Of a DNA stretch of 64,000 nt, positions 46,998 through 56,103 are shown in pieces. The stretch is from positions 127,396-191,395 of the forward strand of contig CAXBBG010000002.1 in the NCBI GenBank assembly GCA_963974105.1, read 5' to 3'. The first letter of the stretch is position 1, and every line of letters begins with the position of its first letter. The notes under the pieces are model-generated. The model saw only the letters and a program-made list of their open reading frames with translations, was not told the origin of the DNA and made no database searches. Both the position numbers and the translations under genes were made by a program. The stretch is from an uncultured Magnetococcales bacterium (GTDB lineage: Bacteria; Pseudomonadota; Alphaproteobacteria; UBA2136).

Positions 46998-48137
46998 TTA
47001 CTTTTGTTTCCAGCTGTTTACATATTGTGTGTCTTCTGTTTGTTTTGCACCTTCGCAAAGGGTTAGAGGGCTTCTGGTGTCAATCATAACCGCCACTTCG
47101 TCCGTGCTTTCTTTGCTTTGAACTAAAGCATTTTGCATAGCTTTAGGGTGTGGGCCATGTGGGAAACCTGAAGGATGGAAAGTGACCATGCCCGCTTCGA
47201 TGTTGTCCCTGCTAAAGAAATCACCTTGGTGGTAAAATAGAACTTCATCATAGTCGTCATTGCTGTGGAAAAATGGCACTTTAAGAGCACGTTCACCTGT
47301 TTCAAATGGGCGCGGCACAAAGGTGCAAACCACAAAACCGTTGCCTACAAATGTTGTATGTGCCGAAGGTGGTACGTGATAGCGGTGGCTCATGATAGGG
47401 CGAATGTCACGCCAGTTCAGCTTAACAACCACGTTGTTACCATGCCAGCCAATGGCGTCTAACGGGTTATGCGGAAAAACGACCTGTGTTATATCATTTT
47501 GCTTTTTAATGCGTATTTCCCAGTCATTTTCGTCTTGTTGGGCTTTAAACTTGTCGTTTATTTCAGGTGTTTCTAAAACCGCATCGTCAAAAACTGCGTG
47601 AGGACCAAGCATCCCTTTTTCAGGTAAGGCGTATGCGGCACCTGTATTTTCAATGAGTAAAATACTTGCATTGCCCTTAGATTCGATACGCCATAAAGTG
47701 CCACGTGGGATAACAATGTAGTCACCTTCGCTAAATGTCATATGTCCATAGTCGCAATATAAGTCACCTTCACCTACGTGTACAAATAACAGGTCATCAC
47801 CATCGGCATTGCGTACCAGATGCTTCATGTCCCCCATGGTGTGCCAAATGCGAAAGAAACAGTTCGCATTCTTTAAAACTTCGTCTGCATGAAAAGGGCA
47901 GCGATGTGTATTGCTTTTTAATTTATTCAGGTCAAAAGCATGTGGTTGTAAACTGCCAGAAAAACTTTTCCAAGCCGTTGGGGGATGTTTGTGATGAAGG
48001 TGTGTGGCGGGGCCAAAAAAACCTTCACGCCCAGTTTCGCGTTCAAATGTATTTTCGGGCATGCAGGCATGTGCCTGTTTTGAAAATATGCCCGATGATT
48101 TCACAAATGATATCCATTTTTTCATTTGGCGTTTCAT
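46998..48137 (-). CDS. hmgA: Homogentisate 1,2-dioxygenase (short ~380-aa form)
   Basis: FFHSNDDYDEVLFYHQGDFFSR, HPSGFPHGPHP, HRYHVPPS. The exact start is uncertain (48137 or an internal Met such as MPENTF at 48062). Confidence 0.85.
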   Translation of the reverse strand: MKRQMKKWISFVKSSGIFSKQAHACMPENTFERETGREGFFGPATHLHHKHPPTAWKSFSGSLQPHAFDLNKLKSNTHRCPFHADEVLKNANCFFRIWHTMGDMKHLVRNADGDDLLFVHVGEGDLYCDYGHMTFSEGDYIVIPRGTLWRIESKGNASILLIENTGAAYALPEKGMLGPHAVFDDAVLETPEINDKFKAQQDENDWEIRIKKQNDITQVVFPHNPLDAIGWHGNNVVVKLNWRDIRPIMSHRYHVPPSAHTTFVGNGFVVCTFVPRPFETGERALKVPFFHSNDDYDEVLFYHQGDFFSRDNIEAGMVTFHPSGFPHGPHPKAMQNALVQSKESTDEVAVMIDTRSPLTLCEGAKQTEDTQYVNSWKQK

Positions 48138-48169
48138 TCCTTTTTGGTTCTTATTTCATGCGCTAGCAA

Positions 48170-48231
48170 TTCGCTTTTCATTCGCCTTGCGTTCGCTTTA
48201 ATTCGCCCTTATTCCGTTTTATTCGTGTTTA
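48170..48231. repeat. Six tandem, degenerate 10-11 bp repeats (TTCGCyTTnn) in the hppD-hmgA spacer
   Basis: Unit starts at 48170, 48181, 48192, 48202, 48212, 48222: ttcgcttttca / ttcgccttgcg / ttcgctttaa / ttcgccctta / ttccgtttta / ttcgtgttta. The last unit overlaps the hppD stop codon. Confidence 0.8.
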
Positions 48232-49287
48232 TAAAACGCCGCGATTTACTTGGTCTTCTTCAATAGATTCAAACAAAGCTTTAAAGTTACCTTCGCCAAA
48301 ACCTTCGTTGCCTTTACGCTGGATAATTTCAAAAAACACAGGGCCAATAACGGTTTTTGTGAAAATTTGAAGTAAAATTCCATCGTCTGTCGGCGCGCCA
48401 TCGATTAAAATTCTGTCCTTTTTCATGCGCTCAATATCTTCACCATGGTCTGGTATGCGGCTGTCGATTTTTGCATAATATGTGTCAGGTGTCGGCATGA
48501 ATTCCATACCAGTTTCCCTAAGGTTTTCAACGGTTTTGTAGATATTTTCTGAGGTCATAGCAATGTGCTGAATGCCTTCACCACCAAACTCGTTTAGATA
48601 TTCCTCAATCTGGCTTTTATCGTCGCTAGACTCGTTAATTGGAATTCGAATTTTCCCACAGGGACTGGTCATCGCGCGGGATTTTAATCCTGTTAATTTA
48701 CCTTCAATATCGAAGTAACGGATCTCTCTAAAATTAAATAATTTTTCATAAAAACCAGCCCATTTGTCCATGTTGCCACGGTGTACGTTGTGCGTGATAT
48801 GGTCAATGATATCAAGACCTACGCCAGTTGGGTTTTTGTTTTCAGCGTCAAGAAAATCGAAGTCGGCTTCGTAAATATTTCCTTTTTCATTATATTTGTC
48901 AACCAGGTAAATAACAGTACCGCCTATGGCTTCAATTGCAGGGATTTTTTCTTCACCAGAACTAATAGCACTTACATAAGGCTTAGCACCTAATTCAAGT
49001 GCGCGCTTATGTGCTACTGCGGCATCTTTTACACGGAAAGCCATAGCACATGCGCCGCCGATGTGTTGATTATTAAAATGAGTCACTTGGTCTGTATGTT
49101 CTTCATTTAATAAAAAGTTTACATGGCCTTGTCTGTAAAGTGTTACATGCTTAGATTTATGTTTGGCAACAACCTTAAACCCTAATGATTTAAATAAAGT
49201 ATCAAGCTCTTGTGGTTTCTTAGAGGAAAATTCTAAAAATTCAAAACCGTCTGTACCCATTGGGTTGTGTGAGGAGTTGCTGATCAT
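48229..49287 (-). CDS. hppD: 4-hydroxyphenylpyruvate dioxygenase
   Basis: GTDGFEFLEF, GIQHIAM, FFEIIQRKG..GFGEGNFKALFESIE. I use the ATG at 49287 (MISNSSHNPMG); the 29-aa upstream extension in the track is rejected. Confidence 0.92.
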   Translation of the reverse strand: MISNSSHNPMGTDGFEFLEFSSKKPQELDTLFKSLGFKVVAKHKSKHVTLYRQGHVNFLLNEEHTDQVTHFNNQHIGGACAMAFRVKDAAVAHKRALELGAKPYVSAISSGEEKIPAIEAIGGTVIYLVDKYNEKGNIYEADFDFLDAENKNPTGVGLDIIDHITHNVHRGNMDKWAGFYEKLFNFREIRYFDIEGKLTGLKSRAMTSPCGKIRIPINESSDDKSQIEEYLNEFGGEGIQHIAMTSENIYKTVENLRETGMEFMPTPDTYYAKIDSRIPDHGEDIERMKKDRILIDGAPTDDGILLQIFTKTVIGPVFFEIIQRKGNEGFGEGNFKALFESIEEDQVNRGVL

Positions 49288-49408
49288 TATAAAGCACCTT
49301 TTTGTTATTATTTTTGCATATTTTAGTTCTTTTAAGACTTTATGGCAAATTAACATTTTGAAATGTAAATTCATTGACGTATAAAAGTAAGTTTACAATT
49401 AAAGGATA

Positions 49409-49819
49409 ATGCCTATGACTTCGATATTTGACGAAAAAATTAAAGCGCAAAATTCAGTGGATAAAACTCATGAAATTTTGGAACGTGCAATGAATGTGGG
49501 TTTTAAATGGAATAGTATGGATGGTGTCTTTGAAAAAATATATGAAGAGCTAGATGAAGTTAAAGAGGCAATAGCTGTAGGTAATGCCGATGATGTAAGA
49601 TCTGAAGTAGGGGATTTACTTTTTGCCGTTATAAAACTTGCGGCTTATTCAGGGTTTAAGGCTAATGATGCCCTTGAAATGTGTAATGACAAATTTTTGG
49701 AACGTTTTATGTTTATGGAGAAATATATGGCAAAAAATTTTGAAGGTGATCTTAATGACAGATCTGTGGAAGAAATGATGCAGGGCTGGAATAAGGCTAA
49801 AGATATCAATAATTTATGA
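49409..49819 (+). CDS. MazG-type nucleotide pyrophosphohydrolase domain protein (single domain)
   Basis: 136 aa; GFKWNSMDGVFEKIYEELDEVKEAI and EVGDLLFAVIKLA (the E..E...E..D metal-binding helices). Confidence 0.75.
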   Translation: MPMTSIFDEKIKAQNSVDKTHEILERAMNVGFKWNSMDGVFEKIYEELDEVKEAIAVGNADDVRSEVGDLLFAVIKLAAYSGFKANDALEMCNDKFLERFMFMEKYMAKNFEGDLNDRSVEEMMQGWNKAKDINNL

Positions 49820-50046
49820 TGAGTTCTTGCGATGAATTATATTTTTTCGTGTACCGTTGAAGGGGGGGGCTAAGAAAGCTATTCTCACCTTTTTATGTTA
49901 GCCAGCGGTTTTTTTTATGAGCTATGGTTATTTATATATTTGAAAAATGGTTTGTTATTAAGCTGTATGCAGTATTAAATAATAGTGATGAAAGTGAATT
50001 GGCTTGCATATCTTTCTTATTTTTGTATTATGGGCGTATTCAGCGT

Positions 50047-50121
50047 GCTGCTGTAGCTCAGTGGTAGAGCACTACATTGGTAATGTAGAGGTCGAGAGTT
50101 CAATTCTCTCCAGTAGCACCA
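50047..50121 (+). tRNA. tRNA-Thr (anticodon GGU), CCA encoded
   Basis: GCTGCTGTAGCTCAGTGGTAGAGCACTACATTGGTAATGTAGAGGTCGAGAGTTCAATTCTCTCCAGTAGCACCA. Anticodon stem CTACA/TGTAG, loop TTGGTAA. Confidence 0.9.
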
Positions 50122-50149
50122 GTTTTTTATAGCAGTCTGTCAATTGGTC

Positions 50150-52753
50150 TTATTGATGTAGCCATTGCGATAGCTTTTGCTGTACTTCTAGCTTCTTGGC
50201 TGGTTTTGAAATGTAATCGTCCATGCCGGCTTCTAGGCATTTATCGCTGTCACCTTTCATAGCATTTGCTGTGTACGCCATAATGATAGTTCTTTCTAAA
50301 GATTTCTTTTTTTCTATCTTACGTATTTTAGCCGTTGCTTCATAACCGTCCATTTTAGGCATTTGGCAATCCATAATGATAAGGTCGTATTTATTTTTTT
50401 TAAATAACTCTAAAGCTTCCAAACCATTTTTGGCTATGCTGACGGTTGTACCCAGTTTCTTTAAAATTGTTTTAGCAATTAAAATGTTTATATCGTTATC
50501 GTCTACGAGTAATATTTTTGAATTAAATGTCTTGTTTACTGAGATTTCTTCAGTCTTGCTGTTTAGCATAGATTCTGTTGCTAGGTTAAGAGCTATTGTA
50601 AATGTAAATGTGGATCCTTGCCCTGATATACTATTTACATAAATATCTCCGCCCATAATATTACAGAGCTGTTTACATATAGCTAGTCCAAGCCCTGTTC
50701 CGCCAAACATTTTTGTGGTTGAAGAGTCGACTTGGTCAAATTTATTAAAAATACTTTGTAGCTTGTTTTCAGGTATGCCTATACCTGTGTCGGATATTGA
50801 AAAGGTGTAAATTTGTTTACCAGAAGGATCTATGCCCGAGTCTTCAACCTTGATATTAATAGACCCTTTATGTGTAAATTTTTGTGCATTACTTAATAGG
50901 TTGAGGAATATTTGTCTTATACGTCCTTCGTCGCCTATGACAAGGATTGGAATGTTTTCACTATAGTTTAAATTTGTTTCAATGTAATTGCTGTTGTCAC
51001 TGGTACTAGATTTTATGATCTTTATCGTCTCACATATTTTTTCTTTTAAATTAAAAGGGGTTTCGTATAATTCAAGTTTACCAGCCTCAATTTTTGAAAA
51101 ATCTAAAATATCATTTATAAGAAGTAATAATGCATTGGAAGAACTTTCGATAGCCTCTAAATATTTCTTCTGTGTTTTATTAAGTTTTGTTGTACTTAAT
51201 AGGCCTGACATACCCATAATACCATGCATAGGAGTGCGAATTTCATGGCTCATATTTGCAAGAAATTCTGACTTGAGCCTGGCCGATTCTTCTGCCTTCG
51301 CTTGGGTTCTTTTAAATTCTGTAATATCGGTATGTGCACCTACAATACGTATTGGAATACCTTCGTCATTTAGTTCGTATACAGCACGCATTAAAATATA
51401 TTTGATAGAACCGTTTTTATGTTGAAATTTGTATATTTCTTGAAATTCTGAGGCCCTACCGTTTTTGTAGTCTTCAATGTTTTTGATAAAATCTAGATAG
51501 CTTTCTGGGTGTAAGATAATTTGCCAGCTTACCAAGCTGTTTTTTAATTCGTCATCTTCGTATCCTAGCATTTGTTTAGCCTTAGGTGAAAACCACATGT
51601 TTTGTGTTTTAAGATCATAATCCCAAACACCATCTTGTGTTGCTGTGAGCGATAATTCTAAAAACTTTTTCTGTTTCTTTAGGTTTTCTTCATCTTTTTT
51701 ACGTTCCGAGATATCACGTATACTGCCGACATAAAAATTTTCATCATCAATTTTAAACGCTTCTAATTGTAATTCTAACGGGAAGCGTTCGCCTGTTTTT
51801 CGCTTGCCAACCAACTCACTTATACCTTTTGATATATCTATTATGTTTTGATTTAGACCTGTTACAATGAGCGAATTAATATTTTTTCCGTTCAGCTCTT
51901 CAGGGATATATCCAAATATATTATCTATAGATACGTTTGTAGATGTAATCATGCCTGCTGTATTGAAGGTAATAATGCCATCGGATATTTTATTGAGAAT
52001 TGTTTGTATTCTATATTCAGTTTCCGACATGTTTTTTAAGAGGTTGTTGTATTCTTTAGCGACGTTACCCATTTCATCTAATTGATAAATGGTCACTTGT
52101 TTGTTAATGCCATTATGTCGTGCTTCAATGGCTTTTAACATAGATGATATAGGTTTAAAGACAAATCTTTGCAGTTGAAAGTATAGTGATAATAAAATGA
52201 GGAATATACCTGTTACAATAACAGATAAAATAATCTTTATTTGCTTCGACGTTTGCTGTATGTCGTTATGAATATCAATTTCAATAATGAGAGTTGCAAG
52301 GTTGTCCTTTAAGCCCGACTTGTTACGGATGCGTATATTTGTAATAAGCTCGGCTGTTTCAGTTTCTTCATGAATTTCAAAAACGGGGGTTCCTGTTTGA
52401 CGCACGTGTTCAATTTCTTTTAACATGTGGGCATTCGTTATTATTTTACGCTCTAATTCTTTTTTGTTTGATACATTTATTTTATAAGATTCTTGATCTA
52501 GTAATTTAATTTCGTTTATATGTCTTTCAGCACCTATCATGCTTATTAGACGTTCTAAATCTCTCGATTCACCTGTGATAAGAGAGATTTGGTCGATAGC
52601 ACGCACCATGATAGAAATTTTTTCCTGAACTTTTAAAGTAACCAAGTGGCTCATAAAAGTTTTTGACATAAATCCAGTAGAAATAACAATAATAACCCCC
52701 ATAATAGCAACTGGAGTTATTATTGAATAACACAGAGATTTTTTGTTAAACAT
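50150..52753 (-). CDS. Hybrid sensor histidine kinase/response regulator (periplasmic sensor-HAMP-PAS-PAS-HisKA-HATPase-REC)
   Basis: 867 aa. Two TM helices flank a ~150-aa loop. H-box ANMSHEIRTPMHG, N/G boxes (LLSNAQKFT, DTGIGI, GGTGLGLAI), C-terminal REC (ILLVDDNDIN...IIMDCQMPKMDG). Confidence 0.92.
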   Translation of the reverse strand: MFNKKSLCYSIITPVAIMGVIIVISTGFMSKTFMSHLVTLKVQEKISIMVRAIDQISLITGESRDLERLISMIGAERHINEIKLLDQESYKINVSNKKELERKIITNAHMLKEIEHVRQTGTPVFEIHEETETAELITNIRIRNKSGLKDNLATLIIEIDIHNDIQQTSKQIKIILSVIVTGIFLILLSLYFQLQRFVFKPISSMLKAIEARHNGINKQVTIYQLDEMGNVAKEYNNLLKNMSETEYRIQTILNKISDGIITFNTAGMITSTNVSIDNIFGYIPEELNGKNINSLIVTGLNQNIIDISKGISELVGKRKTGERFPLELQLEAFKIDDENFYVGSIRDISERKKDEENLKKQKKFLELSLTATQDGVWDYDLKTQNMWFSPKAKQMLGYEDDELKNSLVSWQIILHPESYLDFIKNIEDYKNGRASEFQEIYKFQHKNGSIKYILMRAVYELNDEGIPIRIVGAHTDITEFKRTQAKAEESARLKSEFLANMSHEIRTPMHGIMGMSGLLSTTKLNKTQKKYLEAIESSSNALLLLINDILDFSKIEAGKLELYETPFNLKEKICETIKIIKSSTSDNSNYIETNLNYSENIPILVIGDEGRIRQIFLNLLSNAQKFTHKGSINIKVEDSGIDPSGKQIYTFSISDTGIGIPENKLQSIFNKFDQVDSSTTKMFGGTGLGLAICKQLCNIMGGDIYVNSISGQGSTFTFTIALNLATESMLNSKTEEISVNKTFNSKILLVDDNDINILIAKTILKKLGTTVSIAKNGLEALELFKKNKYDLIIMDCQMPKMDGYEATAKIRKIEKKKSLERTIIMAYTANAMKGDSDKCLEAGMDDYISKPAKKLEVQQKLSQWLHQ

Positions 52754-52755
52754 TT

Positions 52756-53745
52756 TTATGGTTCATACGCCTTTCTAAGTGGTCGTGTATTGACCATGTT
52801 ATCGGGGTTGAATTTTTCTGATATATGTCCAGACGTTGATAGTATGTAGATGGCTGTATTGATCGAATTTTTAACTGTTTTTTTGTTCTCGATATAATCT
52901 AATTGTTGCTGACTGTTAAGGATGACAACCCCTTCAAGTGCATTTTTAAATTCTTCAGGTGTTATTTTTTCTCGTTCAGACATTATTTCAATTGCCCTTT
53001 TGGGGTTTTCTTCCTTAAACTTTAAAGCTTTGTCCCATGCACGTACAATAGCTTTGTATTTGTTTAAGTTTTTCTCAATATGCTCTTCTTTTGCAACCAG
53101 AATATCTATAACTTCTCCAGGTATAAAAGAGGAGTCAAATATGACATGTGTACCTGAAACTTCCCTTAGAATATCTATAGAGAAGGGCGGGTATGAAATA
53201 GATATATCTATTTCGCCTTTCCTGATGGCTTCACGTTGATTGCTTTGACTCATACCTATAATTTCTACTTCGTCTCTCGCTATACCGGTTTGAGTTAATA
53301 ATTTTTCCAGCATAAAAAGCCCAAGTGACTCAGGTTCAACGGCTATTTTTTTACCTTTTATATCGGCTATATTTTTGACTGTCTTAGTGGCGATGACTGC
53401 ATCGCTACCATTGGAAAAATCGGTTATTAAGAATGTCTCTAATTTATTTTCTATCCTATTTGCACTCAGTAGCATTTCAATAATAGTAGAAGCCATAATA
53501 TCAATTTGTCCCTGTTCAAATCCAAAGCGTGTATCCTCAAGAGAGGTGTACTGTACAATCTCAATATTAACGCCTTCTTCCTCATAAAGTCTCAGCTCTT
53601 TTGCGAGGTATAAAAATTCATACCCAGGCCAGTCATTTAAACCTATGCGTATAGTCTCAACTTCTTTGTTAGGGGTTGCGTAATAAATGATAGTGCTCAC
53701 GATTATAATAGCGATAAGACTAAGTGTTTCTTTCATCAATCCCAC
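52756..53745 (-). CDS. Membrane-anchored periplasmic substrate-binding protein (NMT1/SsuA/TauA-like SBP)
   Basis: 329 aa, N-terminal anchor; IRIGLNDWPGYEFLY..., GKKIAVEPESLG..., an alternating alpha/beta type-2 SBP pattern. Its stop lies 2 nt before the kinase start. Confidence 0.65.
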   Translation of the reverse strand: MGLMKETLSLIAIIIVSTIIYYATPNKEVETIRIGLNDWPGYEFLYLAKELRLYEEEGVNIEIVQYTSLEDTRFGFEQGQIDIMASTIIEMLLSANRIENKLETFLITDFSNGSDAVIATKTVKNIADIKGKKIAVEPESLGLFMLEKLLTQTGIARDEVEIIGMSQSNQREAIRKGEIDISISYPPFSIDILREVSGTHVIFDSSFIPGEVIDILVAKEEHIEKNLNKYKAIVRAWDKALKFKEENPKRAIEIMSEREKITPEEFKNALEGVVILNSQQQLDYIENKKTVKNSINTAIYILSTSGHISEKFNPDNMVNTRPLRKAYEP

Positions 53746-53894
53746 TTTAAATAATTTTATTATTTTTGTATGTAGTAAAGCTTATCAATCTTTTTGTTTT
53801 TACCCTTACTTATAATGCAAAACAATACGATTTGCGTCATTTTATAGATGTTTGAAAAATGTATATTGTTTAATGAATTTTACTTATTAAAGTA

Positions 53895-53926
53895 TAAAAA
53901 AGCCCCTTATAAAAGGGGCTTTTTTT
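53895..53926 (-). terminator. Rho-independent terminator after pepF (hairpin flanked by A- and T-runs)
   Basis: AAAAAAGCCCCTT-ATAA-AAGGGGCTTTTTTT. Confidence 0.85.
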
Positions 53927-53949
53927 CGTTATGTAGTTATGGTGTTACA

Positions 53950-55791
53950 TTAAATGTAGCCAAGTTTTTTAGCTAAAACTTCGGCTTCGTCTAACCACGC
54001 CGTAATAGAAGCATTGATACCGTCCGTCCAGAAATCTGGGTCGGTCGGATCAAGCCCAAATGGTTTCATTAAGTCTACAGCACCTTCTGTACCGCCTTTG
54101 CGTAAAAGGTCTAGGTACATTGGTTCAAATTTGTCACCAAAATTGTCTTTGGTAGCAAATAAGCTTTGTGTGAACAATTCACCAAATGCATAAGCATAAA
54201 CATAAAACGGGTTCATGAAATGCCCTACATAGCTCCACATGTTTTCCATATCACTATGATTAAACAAAGTGCCGTCGGCGCCATAAAGTTCAGTTACTGA
54301 ATCAAGCCATGCCTGATTAAAGTCTTCAACTGTTAATTTGCCATTTCTACGCTGATTGTGAATGTTTTGTTCAAAGATAGAAAAACCAATTTGGCGTACA
54401 ACCGTGTTCATAAAGTCGTCGGATTTACCAATTAATAAAACCAATTTTTCTTGGTCATCTGTAATTTTTGACAACATATGTGTAAAGGTAACCATTTCAC
54501 CAAAAATACTGGCTGTTTCTGCGTAAACCATAGGTGCATGCCACATAAGAGAACCTTGTGCTTCGGCGGCTAACATGCCGTGAACACCGTGTCCAAGTTC
54601 ATGCGCTGCTGTCATAACGTCTCGGACTGAACCTTGATGGTTTAAGAAATTGTAACTACGAATTTCTCCACCAGGGAACGTGCCAGAAGCGTTGAATGCA
54701 CCACCTTGTTTGCCTTTTACCGCAGGTGCGTCAACCCAGTTATTGTCAAATATAGTGTTAACTAATTTGGCTAGTGTTGGGCTAAAGCTTTGGTAAGCGT
54801 CAATCACAGTCTTTTTAGTTTCGTCCCAACTTATAATGCTATTACTCGCAAAAGGTAGTGGAGCGTTACGGTTAGACCAAGGTTGAGCACCTTCGGCTTT
54901 CATTAAAGCGAACTTTAACTTGTAAAAGCGTTGGCATTCTTCAGCACCCTTCGTGCGTACAGCGTCATGTAAGGCGGTAACGGTTGCGTCATCTACTTTA
55001 GACCCCTTGTTACGGGCTGAAATAGGCAAGTCGTAACCACGCTGGTCATCATTCACAGCTTTTGCACCCATTACAATATTTAAGGCGCGTGCACGGAACT
55101 TTGTAAAGTTCTGTTCACTTAAACCTGTGTTGATGGCTTTTAATGCTTCAAGGCGGACGGCTTCATTTTTATCTTCTGATAAAATGTTTAAAGCTTCTGT
55201 TAAGGTAACTTCTTTACCGCTAATGTTGAACTTAAGTTCAGCTTCCATTTCATCGCAAAAGTCGTCCCATTCACTGCTACCAAAAGGGCTGCGCATACTT
55301 AAAGCTTGTTCTACATCTTCACTGAGCAGATGTTTAGCATTTTCACGCATGTCATCTAGCATGGGTTTGTGATGCTTTACAACTTTGTCTGTGCTGAGTA
55401 ATTTTTGGTAAACTTTTTCATCCAATAAAATCACTTCATGTTCAAAGAAGTTCATGTGGATGGCGGATTCTTTAGAAACAGATTCGCCAACTTGGCTCAT
55501 GCGTTGCTTGATTTCTTCATTGGTTACGTCAGTTGAATTTGACAAAAACATGAAATATTCAAGTTTGTTATGAAGGTTAGTGATTTGGCAGTCTGCTGTA
55601 ATGGCGTCGCCAAGTTTTGTGGCAAGTTTGCCTTTGAAATTACTGAAATCTTGTATCATAGATACAAGTGTTTTTAAATCCGCATCAATTTGCGGATCGT
55701 TTAGGTCTTGGTATAAAGTGCTTAGGTCCCAACGGGCATTTTCTGCACCTGTATTAACGTCGCTCATAAGTTGCTCCTTATTATTATGCAA
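53950..55791 (-). CDS. pepF: M3 family oligoendopeptidase F
   Basis: 613 aa; zinc motif TAAHELGHGVH and downstream ETASIFGE. The true start may be the Met at 55767 (MSDVNTG). Confidence 0.88.
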   Translation of the reverse strand: MHNNKEQLMSDVNTGAENARWDLSTLYQDLNDPQIDADLKTLVSMIQDFSNFKGKLATKLGDAITADCQITNLHNKLEYFMFLSNSTDVTNEEIKQRMSQVGESVSKESAIHMNFFEHEVILLDEKVYQKLLSTDKVVKHHKPMLDDMRENAKHLLSEDVEQALSMRSPFGSSEWDDFCDEMEAELKFNISGKEVTLTEALNILSEDKNEAVRLEALKAINTGLSEQNFTKFRARALNIVMGAKAVNDDQRGYDLPISARNKGSKVDDATVTALHDAVRTKGAEECQRFYKLKFALMKAEGAQPWSNRNAPLPFASNSIISWDETKKTVIDAYQSFSPTLAKLVNTIFDNNWVDAPAVKGKQGGAFNASGTFPGGEIRSYNFLNHQGSVRDVMTAAHELGHGVHGMLAAEAQGSLMWHAPMVYAETASIFGEMVTFTHMLSKITDDQEKLVLLIGKSDDFMNTVVRQIGFSIFEQNIHNQRRNGKLTVEDFNQAWLDSVTELYGADGTLFNHSDMENMWSYVGHFMNPFYVYAYAFGELFTQSLFATKDNFGDKFEPMYLDLLRKGGTEGAVDLMKPFGLDPTDPDFWTDGINASITAWLDEAEVLAKKLGYI

Positions 55792-56103
55792 TTTGGGCGT
55801 TGAAAAAAATTAAAGATAGTTCTTTATCACAGAGTAGTATAGTTCTTGTGTATACCTTTTACAAGGCTTTCTCTTTATTTTCTATTGTAGGCTTGTGAAT
55901 TGTATTTGTTGTAAAAAGCACGCAACGGATGCATTTTAATTTTACTATTTAAAGTTGAAAAGACCTTGTTTTTAGGGGTTTAAAAGTCATTCAAAAGAAT
56001 GCAAGTGAAAAATGATTATTTTTTGTGCAAAATGTACTTGATTTTGTCTTGAAGTGCCGTTAGTATCCCCACTCTCAAAGCACAGTAAAAGGATTTATAC
56101 CCC

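Noticed and set aside
47735-48201. Plus-strand ORFs 47735..48166 (143 aa) and 48004..48201
   Set aside because: They are antisense to hmgA and run into the repeat-containing spacer. The Cys/His-rich composition is typical of antisense translation.
50376-52085. Plus-strand ORFs inside the hybrid kinase gene (50376..50642, 50988..51425, 51867..52085)
   Set aside because: They are antisense to an 867-aa ORF with a complete and ordered kinase domain set.
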